In this document: positions 1-9,309 of the stretch, piece after piece
How positions within the stretch are numbered: the stretch's first letter is position 1
How the letters are laid out: every line of letters begins with the position of its first letter
Assembly: GCA_964513245.1 (NCBI GenBank)
Contig: CAZELO010000012.1
Coordinates: 2,282 to 66,281, forward strand
Reading direction: 5' to 3'
DNA from: an uncultured Candidatus Bathyarchaeia archaeon
GTDB lineage: Archaea; Thermoproteota; Bathyarchaeia; Bathyarchaeales; DTEX01
DNA: 64,000 bases
The notes under the pieces: generated by a model
The model's input: the letters and a program-made list of their open reading frames with translations, nothing else
What the model was told of the DNA's origin: nothing
The model's database searches: none
Position numbers and translations under genes: made by a program

Positions 1-1700
1 ATCACTTCAGCTTCTATGCCATGTTTGAGATGCAACATGTCTGCTGCACGGAGTGCCTCATGAACCTGTGCACCTAGGGCTACTATCGTTATGTCCTCGC
101 CTTTGCGCTTGATGTCTGCCACGCCAAACGGGATGACGTACTCTTCTTCAGGCACGGGTCCTTCTACCCCGTAAAGACGCTTGGACTCGATGAAGACTGT
201 CGGATTGTCTTCCCTTATCGCATATTTGAGAAGCCCTTTCGCATCATAAGGCGTAGAAGGCATAGCGACCTTTAGGCCGGGAACGTGATAGAACCATGCT
301 TCTAAACTCTGGGAATGATGTGGCCCTCCGCCCATTCCTGCACCACATTGAGTCCTTATGACGACCGGCAGGTGCGCTTTTCCACCGAACATGTACCTCA
401 TCTTTGCCGCTTGGTTCACGATTTGATCCATCGCGATCCCCGTGAAATCTATGTACATGATCTCTGCGACAGGCCTAAGCCCCACCAGCGCTGCACCGAC
501 TGACGCTCCTATTATGGCGGCTTCAGAGATCGGCGTGTTACGTACTCGTTCTTTGCCGAACTCTTGGAATAATCCTTTTGTGACTGAAAAGGCGCCGCCC
601 AGAGGCCCCATGTCTTCTCCTAGCAGGATGACTTTGTCGTCTCGTTTCATCTCCTCACGCAGAGCTTCATTCACTGCTTGCCTGTAAGCGATGCGCCGTG
701 TGGTTTCGTCAGGTTGAGGAAGCCCATTCCTCACCACGTAGGGGGACGTAAACAAGTCTTCTTTCACTTTCTCAGCCGATGGCTCGGGGCACGCCCGCGC
801 GAATTCTTCTGCCTCATCAATAAGGGCACTAACGTTCTTGCTGAGTGTCTCCACATCACTCTCTTTGAGTATGCCTTTTTCAAGCAGGTATTTACTAAAA
901 CGTTTTATCGGGTCCTTTTTACGCCATTCTGCAACCTCATCTTTGCTTCTGTAAATCTCTGGGTCGCCTACATAATGCCCGAAATGTCGGTACGTTTTGC
1001 ACTCTACCAACACTGGACCTTTTCCTCGTCTTACAAGATCATATGCCTTCCCAACACTATCGTACACTGCCAATACATCGTTCCCATCAACCACCATGCT
1101 AGGAATGCCATAGGCTTTTGCGCGTTCCGCTACATCTTTCAGGCGCATGGTATCCCAGGCCGGCGTTGATACAGCGTACTGATTATTTTCGCAGATGAAT
1201 ATGACGGGCAGATTCCAAATGGAAGCCAGGTTGAGCCCTTCATGAAAACTTCCTGTGTTCGTGGCTCCGTCACCGAAGAAACAAAGAACCACATTTTCCT
1301 TTCCCAGCAAACGGGACGCGAGACCGACACCAGCGGCGATTGGTATTCCAGCCCCAACGATTCCATTAGCGCCGAGGATGCCGAGTTCGAGAGCAGCGAT
1401 ATGCATCGAGCCGCCTCGTCCTTTGCAGTATCCTGCTTCCTTGCCGAGCAGCTCTGCCATCATTTTGCGTACGTCGCCGCCCTTGGCGATTAGATGCCCG
1501 TGTCCGCGGTGAGTGCTCGTTATATAGAATTCTCTGTCAATGCTTGCGCATGCGCCAACGGCGGTGGCTTCTTCTCCGATGTACACGTGTGTGGGTCCCC
1601 GCACTAGCCCTTCCTCGAATAAACTCATGACCCGTTCCTCGAAACGTCTGATGAGGAACATCTTCCGAAGCATCTCGATGAGCGTACTTTCTGCAAGCAC
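1..1700 (-). CDS. TPP-dependent 2-oxoacid (pyruvate/acetoin-type) dehydrogenase E1 component, alpha and beta subunits fused in one ORF; the 3-prime end runs off the left edge
   Basis: Absent from the ORF track because no stop lies inside the window. My own minus-strand translation is open from 1700 (GTG; alternative ATG at 1673) to nt 1. Alpha-type part: RFEERVMSLFEEGLVRGPTHVYIGEEA and the TPP motif GDGATNTGSFHEGLNLASIWNLPVIFICENNQYA. It continues without a stop (around nt 700-760) into a beta-type part: ALREEMKRDDKVILLGEDMG...RVRNTPISEAAIIGASVGAAL. Confidence 0.8.
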   Translation of the reverse strand, partial: MLAESTLIEMLRKMFLIRRFEERVMSLFEEGLVRGPTHVYIGEEATAVGACASIDREFYITSTHRGHGHLIAKGGDVRKMMAELLGKEAGYCKGRGGSMHIAALELGILGANGIVGAGIPIAAGVGLASRLLGKENVVLCFFGDGATNTGSFHEGLNLASIWNLPVIFICENNQYAVSTPAWDTMRLKDVAERAKAYGIPSMVVDGNDVLAVYDSVGKAYDLVRRGKGPVLVECKTYRHFGHYVGDPEIYRSKDEVAEWRKKDPIKRFSKYLLEKGILKESDVETLSKNVSALIDEAEEFARACPEPSAEKVKEDLFTSPYVVRNGLPQPDETTRRIAYRQAVNEALREEMKRDDKVILLGEDMGPLGGAFSVTKGLFQEFGKERVRNTPISEAAIIGASVGAALVGLRPVAEIMYIDFTGIAMDQIVNQAAKMRYMFGGKAHLPVVIRTQCGAGMGGGPHHSQSLEAWFYHVPGLKVAMPSTPYDAKGLLKYAIREDNPTVFIESKRLYGVEGPVPEEEYVIPFGVADIKRKGEDITIVALGAQVHEALRAADMLHLKHGIEAEV

Positions 1701-1702
1701 AG

Positions 1703-2083
1703 TTATTTCTCCGTCTGAGTCTTATCGTAGCTTCCTTGTGTTACAGGCGGGGAAAACACATACAACACCTTGAGGGGCTCGTTTCCAGTGTTGTTTATGC
1801 TATGTTCAACGTTCGGAGGAACACATATACATATGCCGGAAGATATGCCTTCGGGAACACCGTCAAAATACATCTCGCCTTTGCCAGTCAAGACATAGAG
1901 TATCTCTTCTTCCTTCAGGTGCAGATGCGGAGGCGCATGAGTACGCGGGGGAAAAGTCGCTACGCCCATGCACATGTTACTTGCCTGACCGAAATTGGCA
2001 GGACCTATTATCATCTTATGTTTCCTACCAGGCAACTCCTTGGCTTCTACTTCATCCTCATGTATCGTGAAACGCTTGGCCAT
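1703..2083 (-). CDS. cupin-fold protein (cupin_2 type)
   Basis: 126 aa ORF. Metal-site-like pattern PPHLHLKEEEILYVLTGKGEMYF...VPPNVEHSINNTG. Only a 2-3 nt gap to both neighbouring genes. Confidence 0.7.
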   Translation of the reverse strand: MAKRFTIHEDEVEAKELPGRKHKMIIGPANFGQASNMCMGVATFPPRTHAPPHLHLKEEEILYVLTGKGEMYFDGVPEGISSGICICVPPNVEHSINNTGNEPLKVLYVFSPPVTQGSYDKTQTEK

Positions 2084-2086
2084 CTT

Positions 2087-3034
2087 TCAAATCTTCCTTT
2101 TCAATGTTCGTCTTGCAGCTTCAACTATGAAACGTTCAGACAGTTTATATTTTTCGTAAAGAGCCTTCGGTTCGCCTGATTCGCCGAAAGTATCTTGAAG
2201 CCCCACGCGCATCATGGGCACCGGATATTCTTCGACCAGAACCTCGCTGACGGCGGAGCCCAGTCCGCCATTTATGTTGTGGTCTTCACAGGTAACAACG
2301 GCTCCTGTAGCTTTAGCGGCGCGTACAATCGCTTCTCTGTCAATAGGCTTTACGGTGTGCACGTCCAGCAAGTATGAACTTGTTCCCTCTTTCTCTAAGA
2401 CCGCTACTGCCTTAACTGCTTCGGCAAGTATAGGTCCTGTGGTCATGATTGCAACGTCCGCTCCTGTTTGCAACACATGAGCCTTTCCAAGGGTGAACCT
2501 GAAACTTTCCTCGTAAAGTACTGGCATCGGGTTACGTCCAAGACGCATGTAAACAGGTCCCTCATACTTAGAGATCGCGCGTGTTGCATGAACCGCCGCT
2601 TGAGGATCAGCAGGCACCATGATGACAATTCCCGGAATGCTCCGCATTATGCCAACGTCCTCAGTTCCTTGGTGTGTTACGCCGTCCCACCCGACTTCGA
2701 TTCCTCCATGCGTTGCGACTATTTTGACGTTAAGATGGGGATATGCAATTGATGTTCGGATTTGTTCACATGCACGCATAGCGGCGAAACACGCGTAAGT
2801 ACTGGCAAAAGGTATCTTGCCTACCATCGCAAGTCCTGCGGCAACACCAAACATGTTCTGCTCGGCGACGCCTACATTGAATGCACGTTCAGGAAACCTC
2901 TTAGCAAAAAAATATGTGCAGGTGCTTCTGGATATATCTGCGTCAAGGACTACAATTTGTGGGATCTCTTCTCCGATCTCCGCGAGGGTTTTCCCGTATG
3001 CTGAGCGTTGCGTCAATCTGTCGCCAATCTTCAC
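2087..3034 (-). CDS. transketolase, C-terminal (pyrimidine-binding/C-terminal domain) subunit
   Basis: 315 aa. RSAYGKTLAEIGEEIPQIVVLDADISRST...FNVGVAEQNMFGVAAGLA is typical of the split archaeal/bacterial transketolase B subunit. It overlaps the N-terminal subunit gene by 4 nt. Confidence 0.9.
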   Translation of the reverse strand: MKIGDRLTQRSAYGKTLAEIGEEIPQIVVLDADISRSTCTYFFAKRFPERAFNVGVAEQNMFGVAAGLAMVGKIPFASTYACFAAMRACEQIRTSIAYPHLNVKIVATHGGIEVGWDGVTHQGTEDVGIMRSIPGIVIMVPADPQAAVHATRAISKYEGPVYMRLGRNPMPVLYEESFRFTLGKAHVLQTGADVAIMTTGPILAEAVKAVAVLEKEGTSSYLLDVHTVKPIDREAIVRAAKATGAVVTCEDHNINGGLGSAVSEVLVEEYPVPMMRVGLQDTFGESGEPKALYEKYKLSERFIVEAARRTLKRKI

Positions 3035-3882
3035 GTTGCGTCACATCCGAGTTCCGATAGGGCTTGCTTCAACTGTTGATCGTTGACCCATTTTCCGTGC
3101 CAGCCAACCTCGTTCTCCATAAAGGAGACTCCCTTACCCTTAATGGTGTGGGCAATTATGCACGTGGGTTGACCCATTGTTGCTTCCGCGTTTTCTAGGG
3201 CGCCAGTTATTTCTTTGATGTTGTGCCCGTCAACTTCTACGACGTTCCAGCGGAATGCGCGCCACTTCTCAACCAAAGGGGCAACCTCCATTATTTCCTC
3301 AACACAACCGTCGACTTGAAGGTGATTGTAATCCACAATCGCTGTGAGATTAGCCAGTTTGTAATGTGCGGCGCTCATGGCGGCCTCCCAAACTTGTCCC
3401 TCTTGGAGCTCCCCGTCGCCAAGAAGCACGTAAACTCTGTAATCTTGATCGTCAAGTTTGCCGCCCAACGCCATACCTACACCTATTGAGAGCCCGTGAC
3501 CTAGAGAGCCCGATGTGGAATCAACTCCCGGAGTTTTCCTCATGTCCGGATGCCCCTGAAGAAAACTGTCAATCCTGCGCAGCGTCCACAGGGCTTCCAC
3601 CGGAAAATAGCCTCTTTCAGCGAGTGCAGCATAAAGCACTGGGCATGAATGACCCTTAGAGAGGATGAACCGATCCCTTTCAGGCCATTTTGGGGTTTCC
3701 TGGTTCACCCGCATCCAATAGAAATAGAGAACAGAGAGTATCTCCGCTGCGGAAAGCGAACCGCCAGGATGCCCTGAACCCGCGGCATTGATCATCCTCA
3801 ACACTAAGCAACGCAGCTTACGCGCTTTTTCTTCCAGACGTTTTATCATTTGTCCGTCAATGGCTTCGCGTCTTCTTTTCAA
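3031..3882 (-). CDS. transketolase, N-terminal (TPP-binding) subunit
   Basis: 283 aa. GSGHPGGSLSAAEILSVLYF...ILSKGHSCPVLYA...LGDGELQEGQVWEA are classic transketolase N-terminal motifs. Confidence 0.9.
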   Translation of the reverse strand: MKRRREAIDGQMIKRLEEKARKLRCLVLRMINAAGSGHPGGSLSAAEILSVLYFYWMRVNQETPKWPERDRFILSKGHSCPVLYAALAERGYFPVEALWTLRRIDSFLQGHPDMRKTPGVDSTSGSLGHGLSIGVGMALGGKLDDQDYRVYVLLGDGELQEGQVWEAAMSAAHYKLANLTAIVDYNHLQVDGCVEEIMEVAPLVEKWRAFRWNVVEVDGHNIKEITGALENAEATMGQPTCIIAHTIKGKGVSFMENEVGWHGKWVNDQQLKQALSELGCDAT

Positions 3883-4612
3883 GGCTTTCTACCACGCTTA
3901 GAACATGTGGATCGTGCCCAGGGAAGATTATATCTCCTTCTCTTCGGATTCTTTCCATGGCATTGAAGCATTCCAGAAGGCATGAGTTGAAACCGACAGG
4001 CAAGTCTTCTTCGATATTGCGGTACATGAAAACAACGTCCCCTGTTATTATTGCATGCCCAAAGTTTGAATCAAAACGCACGCTTTGATGACCAGGCGTG
4101 TGTCCGCCTGTCCAGAAAAGATGTAGCCCGGGCAGTATGGTTTCATCGCCGTCCACGATATGGGTTCGGTCTTTGTACTCGTTGACCAACTTCTTGACAT
4201 GGCTCTTGTATGTGAACTTTGAAAACCAAGGATGCGGCGGATTAAGAACCGTTTCAAGTTCTTTCCTTTGGACATAGAAATGGGCATTCGGAAACTCGTA
4301 TGCTGTAGGAGAAAAATGGTCCCAATGGAGGTGGGTAACTACTATGTGGGATATCTCTTCACGTGTGACTCCTGCTCTGGCTAGTGCCTTTAGCGGTCTT
4401 TCATGGTCGTTCTGTTTCATGGTAGGCGAAAATCTTCTCCCATCAGAGTAATCCACACCTGTGTCCACCAAGACGTTGTTTTGCCCATCCCGCAGAAGCC
4501 AGAAATAAGAGCAGATTGGCACCTCCTCGGAAGGGTCACCTAAATAATAAATTCTGGGTCCAGGTTCAACGCTTTCACAGACCTTAAAAACCTTGAAACT
4601 GAACATAAGCAT
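3857..4612 (-). CDS. metallo-beta-lactamase-fold hydrolase (N-acyl-homoserine-lactonase-like)
   Basis: 251 aa with the HxHxDH motif (VVTHLHWDHF) and downstream GGHTPGH and GHD. It overlaps the transketolase N-subunit gene by 26 nt. Confidence 0.75.
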   Translation of the reverse strand: MLMFSFKVFKVCESVEPGPRIYYLGDPSEEVPICSYFWLLRDGQNNVLVDTGVDYSDGRRFSPTMKQNDHERPLKALARAGVTREEISHIVVTHLHWDHFSPTAYEFPNAHFYVQRKELETVLNPPHPWFSKFTYKSHVKKLVNEYKDRTHIVDGDETILPGLHLFWTGGHTPGHQSVRFDSNFGHAIITGDVVFMYRNIEEDLPVGFNSCLLECFNAMERIRREGDIIFPGHDPHVLSVVESLEKKTRSH

Positions 4613-4836
4613 CCATCTCAGTAACGAAGATGTTTCCTTTTGCCAAGATGTCGTTTCGCGCCGCTTTCAACGCCGATCTACCCAATACTAATTTCTGTCC
4701 CCTATTTTAGTTGTATGCACACTCGGAAGCAGCTGAAGGAACCAGAAGGCAAACCGCATACTCGTTTTTTAATGGGGAACGTTTCCATACTGGCGAACAC
4801 ATATTTCTGAGTAATGTCCTATTTCTTGTTGATTCC

Positions 4837-5964
4837 ATGAATCAGCCAAATGCGGCTCTTCTGTCTGTGCTGAGCCCGTGGTACGAAAGCTTGAAGGACC
4901 CCGCCGAGGCTCAGAGGCGGGTTCTGTTAAATCTGGCTAGAACTTATGCTGAAACAGATTACGGCAGAGGACATAGCGCGTCAGATGTTCGCGACATGGC
5001 CGGTTACAGGCAGAGGTTCCCGGCAATCGATTACCCCGAGCTCAGGGGGCATCTCGAAGAGGTGAAGAAAGGGAACTACCGGGCTTTCCTGTCTGAACCG
5101 CCGCTCTGCTGGGTCATGACAAGAGGTTCCACAGGCACCGCGAAGGTGCTGCCTGCAACGAAGACCCATCTTGAGCAGATACTTTCTTGTGGGGCCCGCG
5201 CACTTGCGAATTACGTAGCAAGAACACGTGATGCCGAGATCTCAGCGGGAAAGTTCTTGAATTTGGGTTTGCCTTCAAGGGTGCACAAAATAGACATGGA
5301 CGGCCAGAGCCGCTCGTACGGATACAGTTCAGGCACATATGCACGGCTCCACCCAACATTCGGAGGCACAAGCCTAGTTCCTTCGCAAGAAGAGATAGAT
5401 GCACTTGGCCCGGGAATTGCCAGAGAGGATTGGGAAAACCGGTTTGAGATGGCATATGAGAAGGCATCCGCGGAGAGGGTGACGGCTGCTATAGGTGTTG
5501 CCCCAGTCATACTTTCTTTCGCAAGGTTTGTGAAGCGGAGACATGGAAAATCGCCCAAGGACCTTTGGAAGATCAGAGCCCTCTTCTGCACAAGCGTCCG
5601 CAAGATCCAGTTCAGGTATGCGCCGAATCTTCGGAAGTATTATGGTGAGGTTCCGGTGGTTGAGATATACAGTGCGACTGAGGGTGTCTTCGCTCAGCAG
5701 ATTGATGACTTGCCGTATGTCACGCCTAATTATGACAAGTACCTTTTCGAAGTTGAGACCGGCAGAGGGCTGAAGATGCTTCACGAGTTGAAAAGGGGCG
5801 AGTGGGGAAGGCTTATCGTCTCTTCATGCATGTTCCCAAGATACGACATCGGCGACATGATCGAGTCCGCCGGCAAGAATTACTTCCGCGTATTCGGCAG
5901 AGCAAAAACTCTGCACATCTTGGAACACAGGCTGCACAGGCTATTATTTGGCTGGGCTCTTTAG
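4837..5964 (+). CDS. GH3-family (ANL-superfamily-like acyl-adenylate forming) protein, apparently lacking the C-terminal domain
   Basis: P-loop-like TRGSTGTAKVLPATKTH, YSATEG, and the hinge RYDIGDMIE...YFRVFGRAK. The track starts at TTG 4711. The in-frame ATG at 4837 (MNQPNAALL) looks more plausible. The ORF ends about 20 aa after the hinge. Confidence 0.55.
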   Translation: MNQPNAALLSVLSPWYESLKDPAEAQRRVLLNLARTYAETDYGRGHSASDVRDMAGYRQRFPAIDYPELRGHLEEVKKGNYRAFLSEPPLCWVMTRGSTGTAKVLPATKTHLEQILSCGARALANYVARTRDAEISAGKFLNLGLPSRVHKIDMDGQSRSYGYSSGTYARLHPTFGGTSLVPSQEEIDALGPGIAREDWENRFEMAYEKASAERVTAAIGVAPVILSFARFVKRRHGKSPKDLWKIRALFCTSVRKIQFRYAPNLRKYYGEVPVVEIYSATEGVFAQQIDDLPYVTPNYDKYLFEVETGRGLKMLHELKRGEWGRLIVSSCMFPRYDIGDMIESAGKNYFRVFGRAKTLHILEHRLHRLLFGWAL

Positions 5965-6347
5965 GGACGAGGGCTCCGTTTCCTCGCGTTGGTGTATGCT
6001 ATGACGCCGACTGCCGCGATTATCAAGCCTAGAACGATTAGGAAGAAGGGCCACACATCTCGGAAAGATATTGCTTGAACGGTAGCCAAGTAGAAGGTAA
6101 CGCCCAAGAATATGAGGAACAAACCGCCTACTAAGGCGCCGTACGGGCTGCTTTCCTCTTTTTCGTGCTTCTCTCCTTTTTCAGACTTTTCGCTCTTCTC
6201 TTTCTTTTCTTGTTTTTCGCTTTTTTCAGCCTTCTCTTTTGCGACTTCAATCCGAGGCGGTCTGCCAGTGCTCAGATCCGCGCCGCAGTTTGAACAGAAA
6301 CGTGTGTCAGGCGCAACCTCTTTGCCGCAACGTGGGCAGTAAGGCAT
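5961..6347 (-). CDS. zinc-ribbon membrane protein with a K/E-rich linker
   Basis: MPYCPRCGKEVAPDTRFCSNCGADL (double CxxC), a KEKSEK-type repeat linker, then two hydrophobic helices. The track start GTG 6356 gives MKSM before this ATG. Confidence 0.6.
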   Translation of the reverse strand: MPYCPRCGKEVAPDTRFCSNCGADLSTGRPPRIEVAKEKAEKSEKQEKKEKSEKSEKGEKHEKEESSPYGALVGGLFLIFLGVTFYLATVQAISFRDVWPFFLIVLGLIIAAVGVIAYTNARKRSPRP

Positions 6348-6563
6348 ACTCTTCACCTTAAATCAATATCTGCGGACTGCGTATATAAGCTGTAGTTCTG
6401 AAAGTTGAAGGAACCGATTGCTACCTGAGAGTGAGAGACAGAGGGTCCCTCTGCTTTTACGTTATTTGGACATTTGCTTCTTCTACTGTTCTAAAGTGTA
6501 GTAATATAACTCTGCAGACGAATACGTCTCGTGCGAACCTGAAAAAGAAAGGGGCGAAAGACA

Positions 6564-7145
6564 TTGAGAAAGTTTTGGTACGCAGCTATTGCAGTAGCCG
6601 CCTTAGGTATCTTCAGTGTCTGGTACTTCGTGCTTAGTCCTGAGCTGATAAAGGAGGGCTTCGAAGGTGGACTTGGCGAATGGGTTACAGACGCGGATGT
6701 CCCTCTTGACCCGAACAACCCCGGTCAACCCGTGGAGTGGAACATAACACGTGTGTCAACCATTGCGCGTTCAGGGCAGTACTCGTTGAAATTCTTTATT
6801 GATGGCAGACAGGACGACGGAACGATCTGGATCGAAAGAAAAATCTCTGCGAACAAGAATGCCCAAGTCCAAGTTGGAGTTTCCTTCGAATTCTACAGCG
6901 AGAGCCAAAGCTTCAACACGATAGCGGCTGTCTGCGTCTATGCCGGCACAAGCAGTCCAGAGGCCGAAATAGATCTCGCGGTTCTCGGAGCCGCCAACCA
7001 AGTTGCGGGCTGGAAAAAGTACACGCACTCCGCGGTTGTTAACACGGATTCTGCTGGAGAGGTTTGGGTTGCCGTGGGGATTTCGGTGCGCTGGGAGACT
7101 CTCATGACGTATTATGTGGACGATGTTGAGGTGGAAATCAAGTAG
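6564..7145 (+). CDS. membrane-anchored beta-sandwich protein (CBM4_9-like jelly-roll, tentative)
   Basis: 193 aa. N-terminal TM (YAAIAVAALGIFSVWYFVL), then FEGGLGEWV...SGQYSLKF...GWKKY...YYVDDVEVE, a pattern typical of carbohydrate-binding-like beta-sandwiches. TTG start. Confidence 0.45.
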   Translation: MRKFWYAAIAVAALGIFSVWYFVLSPELIKEGFEGGLGEWVTDADVPLDPNNPGQPVEWNITRVSTIARSGQYSLKFFIDGRQDDGTIWIERKISANKNAQVQVGVSFEFYSESQSFNTIAAVCVYAGTSSPEAEIDLAVLGAANQVAGWKKYTHSAVVNTDSAGEVWVAVGISVRWETLMTYYVDDVEVEIK

Positions 7146-7234
7146 CGCAGAAACGGGTATTCTTGCGCCCTTAAAAAAGTATATATCCATACTAGGCATG
7201 TTTAGGCTTGAAAAAGAAGCGGCAGTGAACGCCT

Positions 7235-7975
7235 ATGCGTGACAGCGAAGTTGTTAAAGTCGGGAGCCTCGTCAAGCAATTCGGGGACGTCACGGCTGTG
7301 GACAACATTTCGTTTCAAGTTGCCAAAGGCGAAATCTTCGGTTTGATAGGTCCAAACGGCGCGGGCAAGACCACAACCCTCAGGGTTCTCGCCACCCTCC
7401 TTCTGCCCACAAGCGGTCACGTCAGCATATTGGGTCACGATGTTGTTGAGGAATCCAACAAGATTCGCCCGTTGATCTCGTACCTTGCTGAGGATGCGGG
7501 AACCTACAGAAACCTCTCGGGTTACGAATACCTTTCAATAGTTGCCAAAGTATACTTCGAGTCTCGCGTTGATGCCGAGGCGGTAGCCGAAGAAGCCGTG
7601 AAGATCTCAGGTCTAGGTGAAAAGGTAGCGGACAAGATGAAGACCTACAGCAAAGGCATGAAACGCCGTGTCCAGCTCGCTAGAGCCCTCATGACAAAAC
7701 CTAAGCTTGCCATACTGGACGAGCCCACATCAGGTCTCGACATCTTTCATGCCCAGCACGTGAGGGGCATCATCAAGGGTCATGTCGCTGAAGGCGGCGC
7801 CGTTATCCTTTCCAGCCACAACATGCTTGAGGTCGAGTACCTGTGCTCGAAGCTGGCGTTCATTCACAAAGGACGCATAGCCATCGAAGGCGAGCCGCAG
7901 GCAATCAAGATGAAATATGGGGCCTCGAACCTTGAAGAGGCATTCTTGGAGGTTATTGCAAAATGGGAAAGCTGA
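7235..7975 (+). CDS. ABC transporter ATP-binding protein (ABC-2/DrrA type)
   Basis: Walker A GPNGAGKTTT, signature YSKGMKRRV, Walker B LAILDEPTSGLD. Confidence 0.9.
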   Translation: MRDSEVVKVGSLVKQFGDVTAVDNISFQVAKGEIFGLIGPNGAGKTTTLRVLATLLLPTSGHVSILGHDVVEESNKIRPLISYLAEDAGTYRNLSGYEYLSIVAKVYFESRVDAEAVAEEAVKISGLGEKVADKMKTYSKGMKRRVQLARALMTKPKLAILDEPTSGLDIFHAQHVRGIIKGHVAEGGAVILSSHNMLEVEYLCSKLAFIHKGRIAIEGEPQAIKMKYGASNLEEAFLEVIAKWES

Positions 7976-9285
7976 AGCCGCTAGTTGAGAAAGAAGTTAA
8001 GGACTTGCTCAGAGACCCGCGGATATACATAGGTCTGATAGTTCCCATCATAATGCTGCCGTTGATGGGTTTCGCCATCTCAGCAGCTACGCAGAGCGCC
8101 CAAGAGGTCGGCTTGAAAAGTCTCAAATTGGCTCTCCTCGACTATGACGGGACACAGACAAGCGCAGGCTTCAAGACACTGCTTACCAATATGGGCTTGA
8201 ACGTTTCAAGCGTAGTTGCAGACAACATCCCTGACGCACTTGACGAGGCAAAGGCTGCTGGCTCCAAGGTTCTGCTTGTTCTTCCCCAAGGCTTTGAGGA
8301 TAATCTGACCGCCTTCAAAAAGGCTGGAGTCAGCGTCTATTCCGTCGTTGACAGCATGGGGCTAGGGTCCATAGGCGCGTATTCTGTGATAGATGGGGTC
8401 TTGGAGAAGTCTTCAGAGATACTCAGCGCTGAACTGATTTCAGAGCTGGACCCGAACGCTGATCCAGACACCATCAGAACCCCTTTGAACATAACGAGAT
8501 ACAGCATAGTGAAAGACGTAGTCATGCAAGTTCCCCCGCAAGCCCTTTTCAACCAGCTGTTTCTGGGGTATGGCATCATGGTGCCCATGGTCCTCTTGAT
8601 TCTAGCCATGACGGTAACGCAGATAGCCGCGACCGCAACCGCCGTCGAGAACGAGGAGAAGACCCTCGAAACGCTTTTGACTTTTCCCGTTAACCGCTAC
8701 GACATACTTGTAAGCAAGCTGCTAGGCTCGTCCGTAGTGGCTATTCTAGGCGGCATCATGTTCACAGGCGGCTTCTTCCTATACTTCGAAGGAGCATTCA
8801 GCATGGCAAACCTCGGATTGGACGTTGGAACGGCCCTTCCAAGCTTGCCTCCACCACCGCCAGTGGCATATGTGGTTCTCGCTGTCAGCCTGATGCTGGC
8901 AATTTTGTTCGTTACGTCTTTGGGCATAGTCATAGGCGCACTTAGCAGCGATGTCAGAATGGCTGGGTCCCTCATAGGCGTCGTCATTGTTCCAGTGTTG
9001 GTTCCCTCGCTTCTCATCATGTACGGCGACATGGGGGCGCTGCCTCTAGCGTTTCAGATTCTCGTGTACGCTTTGCCCACCTCCTACCCGATGATCATGG
9101 CTAAGGAGATGGTTATGGCAACAATACCCGTCGAAGTCCTATACGGCATCCCATACTCGGCAGCCTTAACGCTAATAGCACTGTATACGACAAGCATGCT
9201 GCTGGCTCCCGAGAAACTGCTGACGCTGCAATACAAGCTAAGGCTGAGAAGGATGAAAAAGAAAAAAGTTGGCGAACTCCAATAA
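7963..9285 (+). CDS. ABC-2 type transporter permease with a large extracytoplasmic loop
   Basis: 440 aa. N-terminal TM, a ~170 aa loop, then 5-6 hydrophobic helices. It overlaps the ATPase gene by 13 nt. Confidence 0.8.
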   Translation: MGKLKPLVEKEVKDLLRDPRIYIGLIVPIIMLPLMGFAISAATQSAQEVGLKSLKLALLDYDGTQTSAGFKTLLTNMGLNVSSVVADNIPDALDEAKAAGSKVLLVLPQGFEDNLTAFKKAGVSVYSVVDSMGLGSIGAYSVIDGVLEKSSEILSAELISELDPNADPDTIRTPLNITRYSIVKDVVMQVPPQALFNQLFLGYGIMVPMVLLILAMTVTQIAATATAVENEEKTLETLLTFPVNRYDILVSKLLGSSVVAILGGIMFTGGFFLYFEGAFSMANLGLDVGTALPSLPPPPPVAYVVLAVSLMLAILFVTSLGIVIGALSSDVRMAGSLIGVVIVPVLVPSLLIMYGDMGALPLAFQILVYALPTSYPMIMAKEMVMATIPVEVLYGIPYSAALTLIALYTTSMLLAPEKLLTLQYKLRLRRMKKKKVGELQ

Positions 9286-9309
9286 GGCTTCAGAGTAAAC
9301 GTTGGTTTT

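Noticed and set aside
315-1773. Several plus-strand ORFs of 62-163 aa in the track (315-503, 442-687, 678-1169, 1242-1493, 1255-1512, 1540-1773)
   Set aside because: They are antisense to a continuous, motif-rich minus-strand E1 alpha/beta reading frame. They have skewed, low-complexity composition (P/S/R/A-rich) and look like shadow ORFs.
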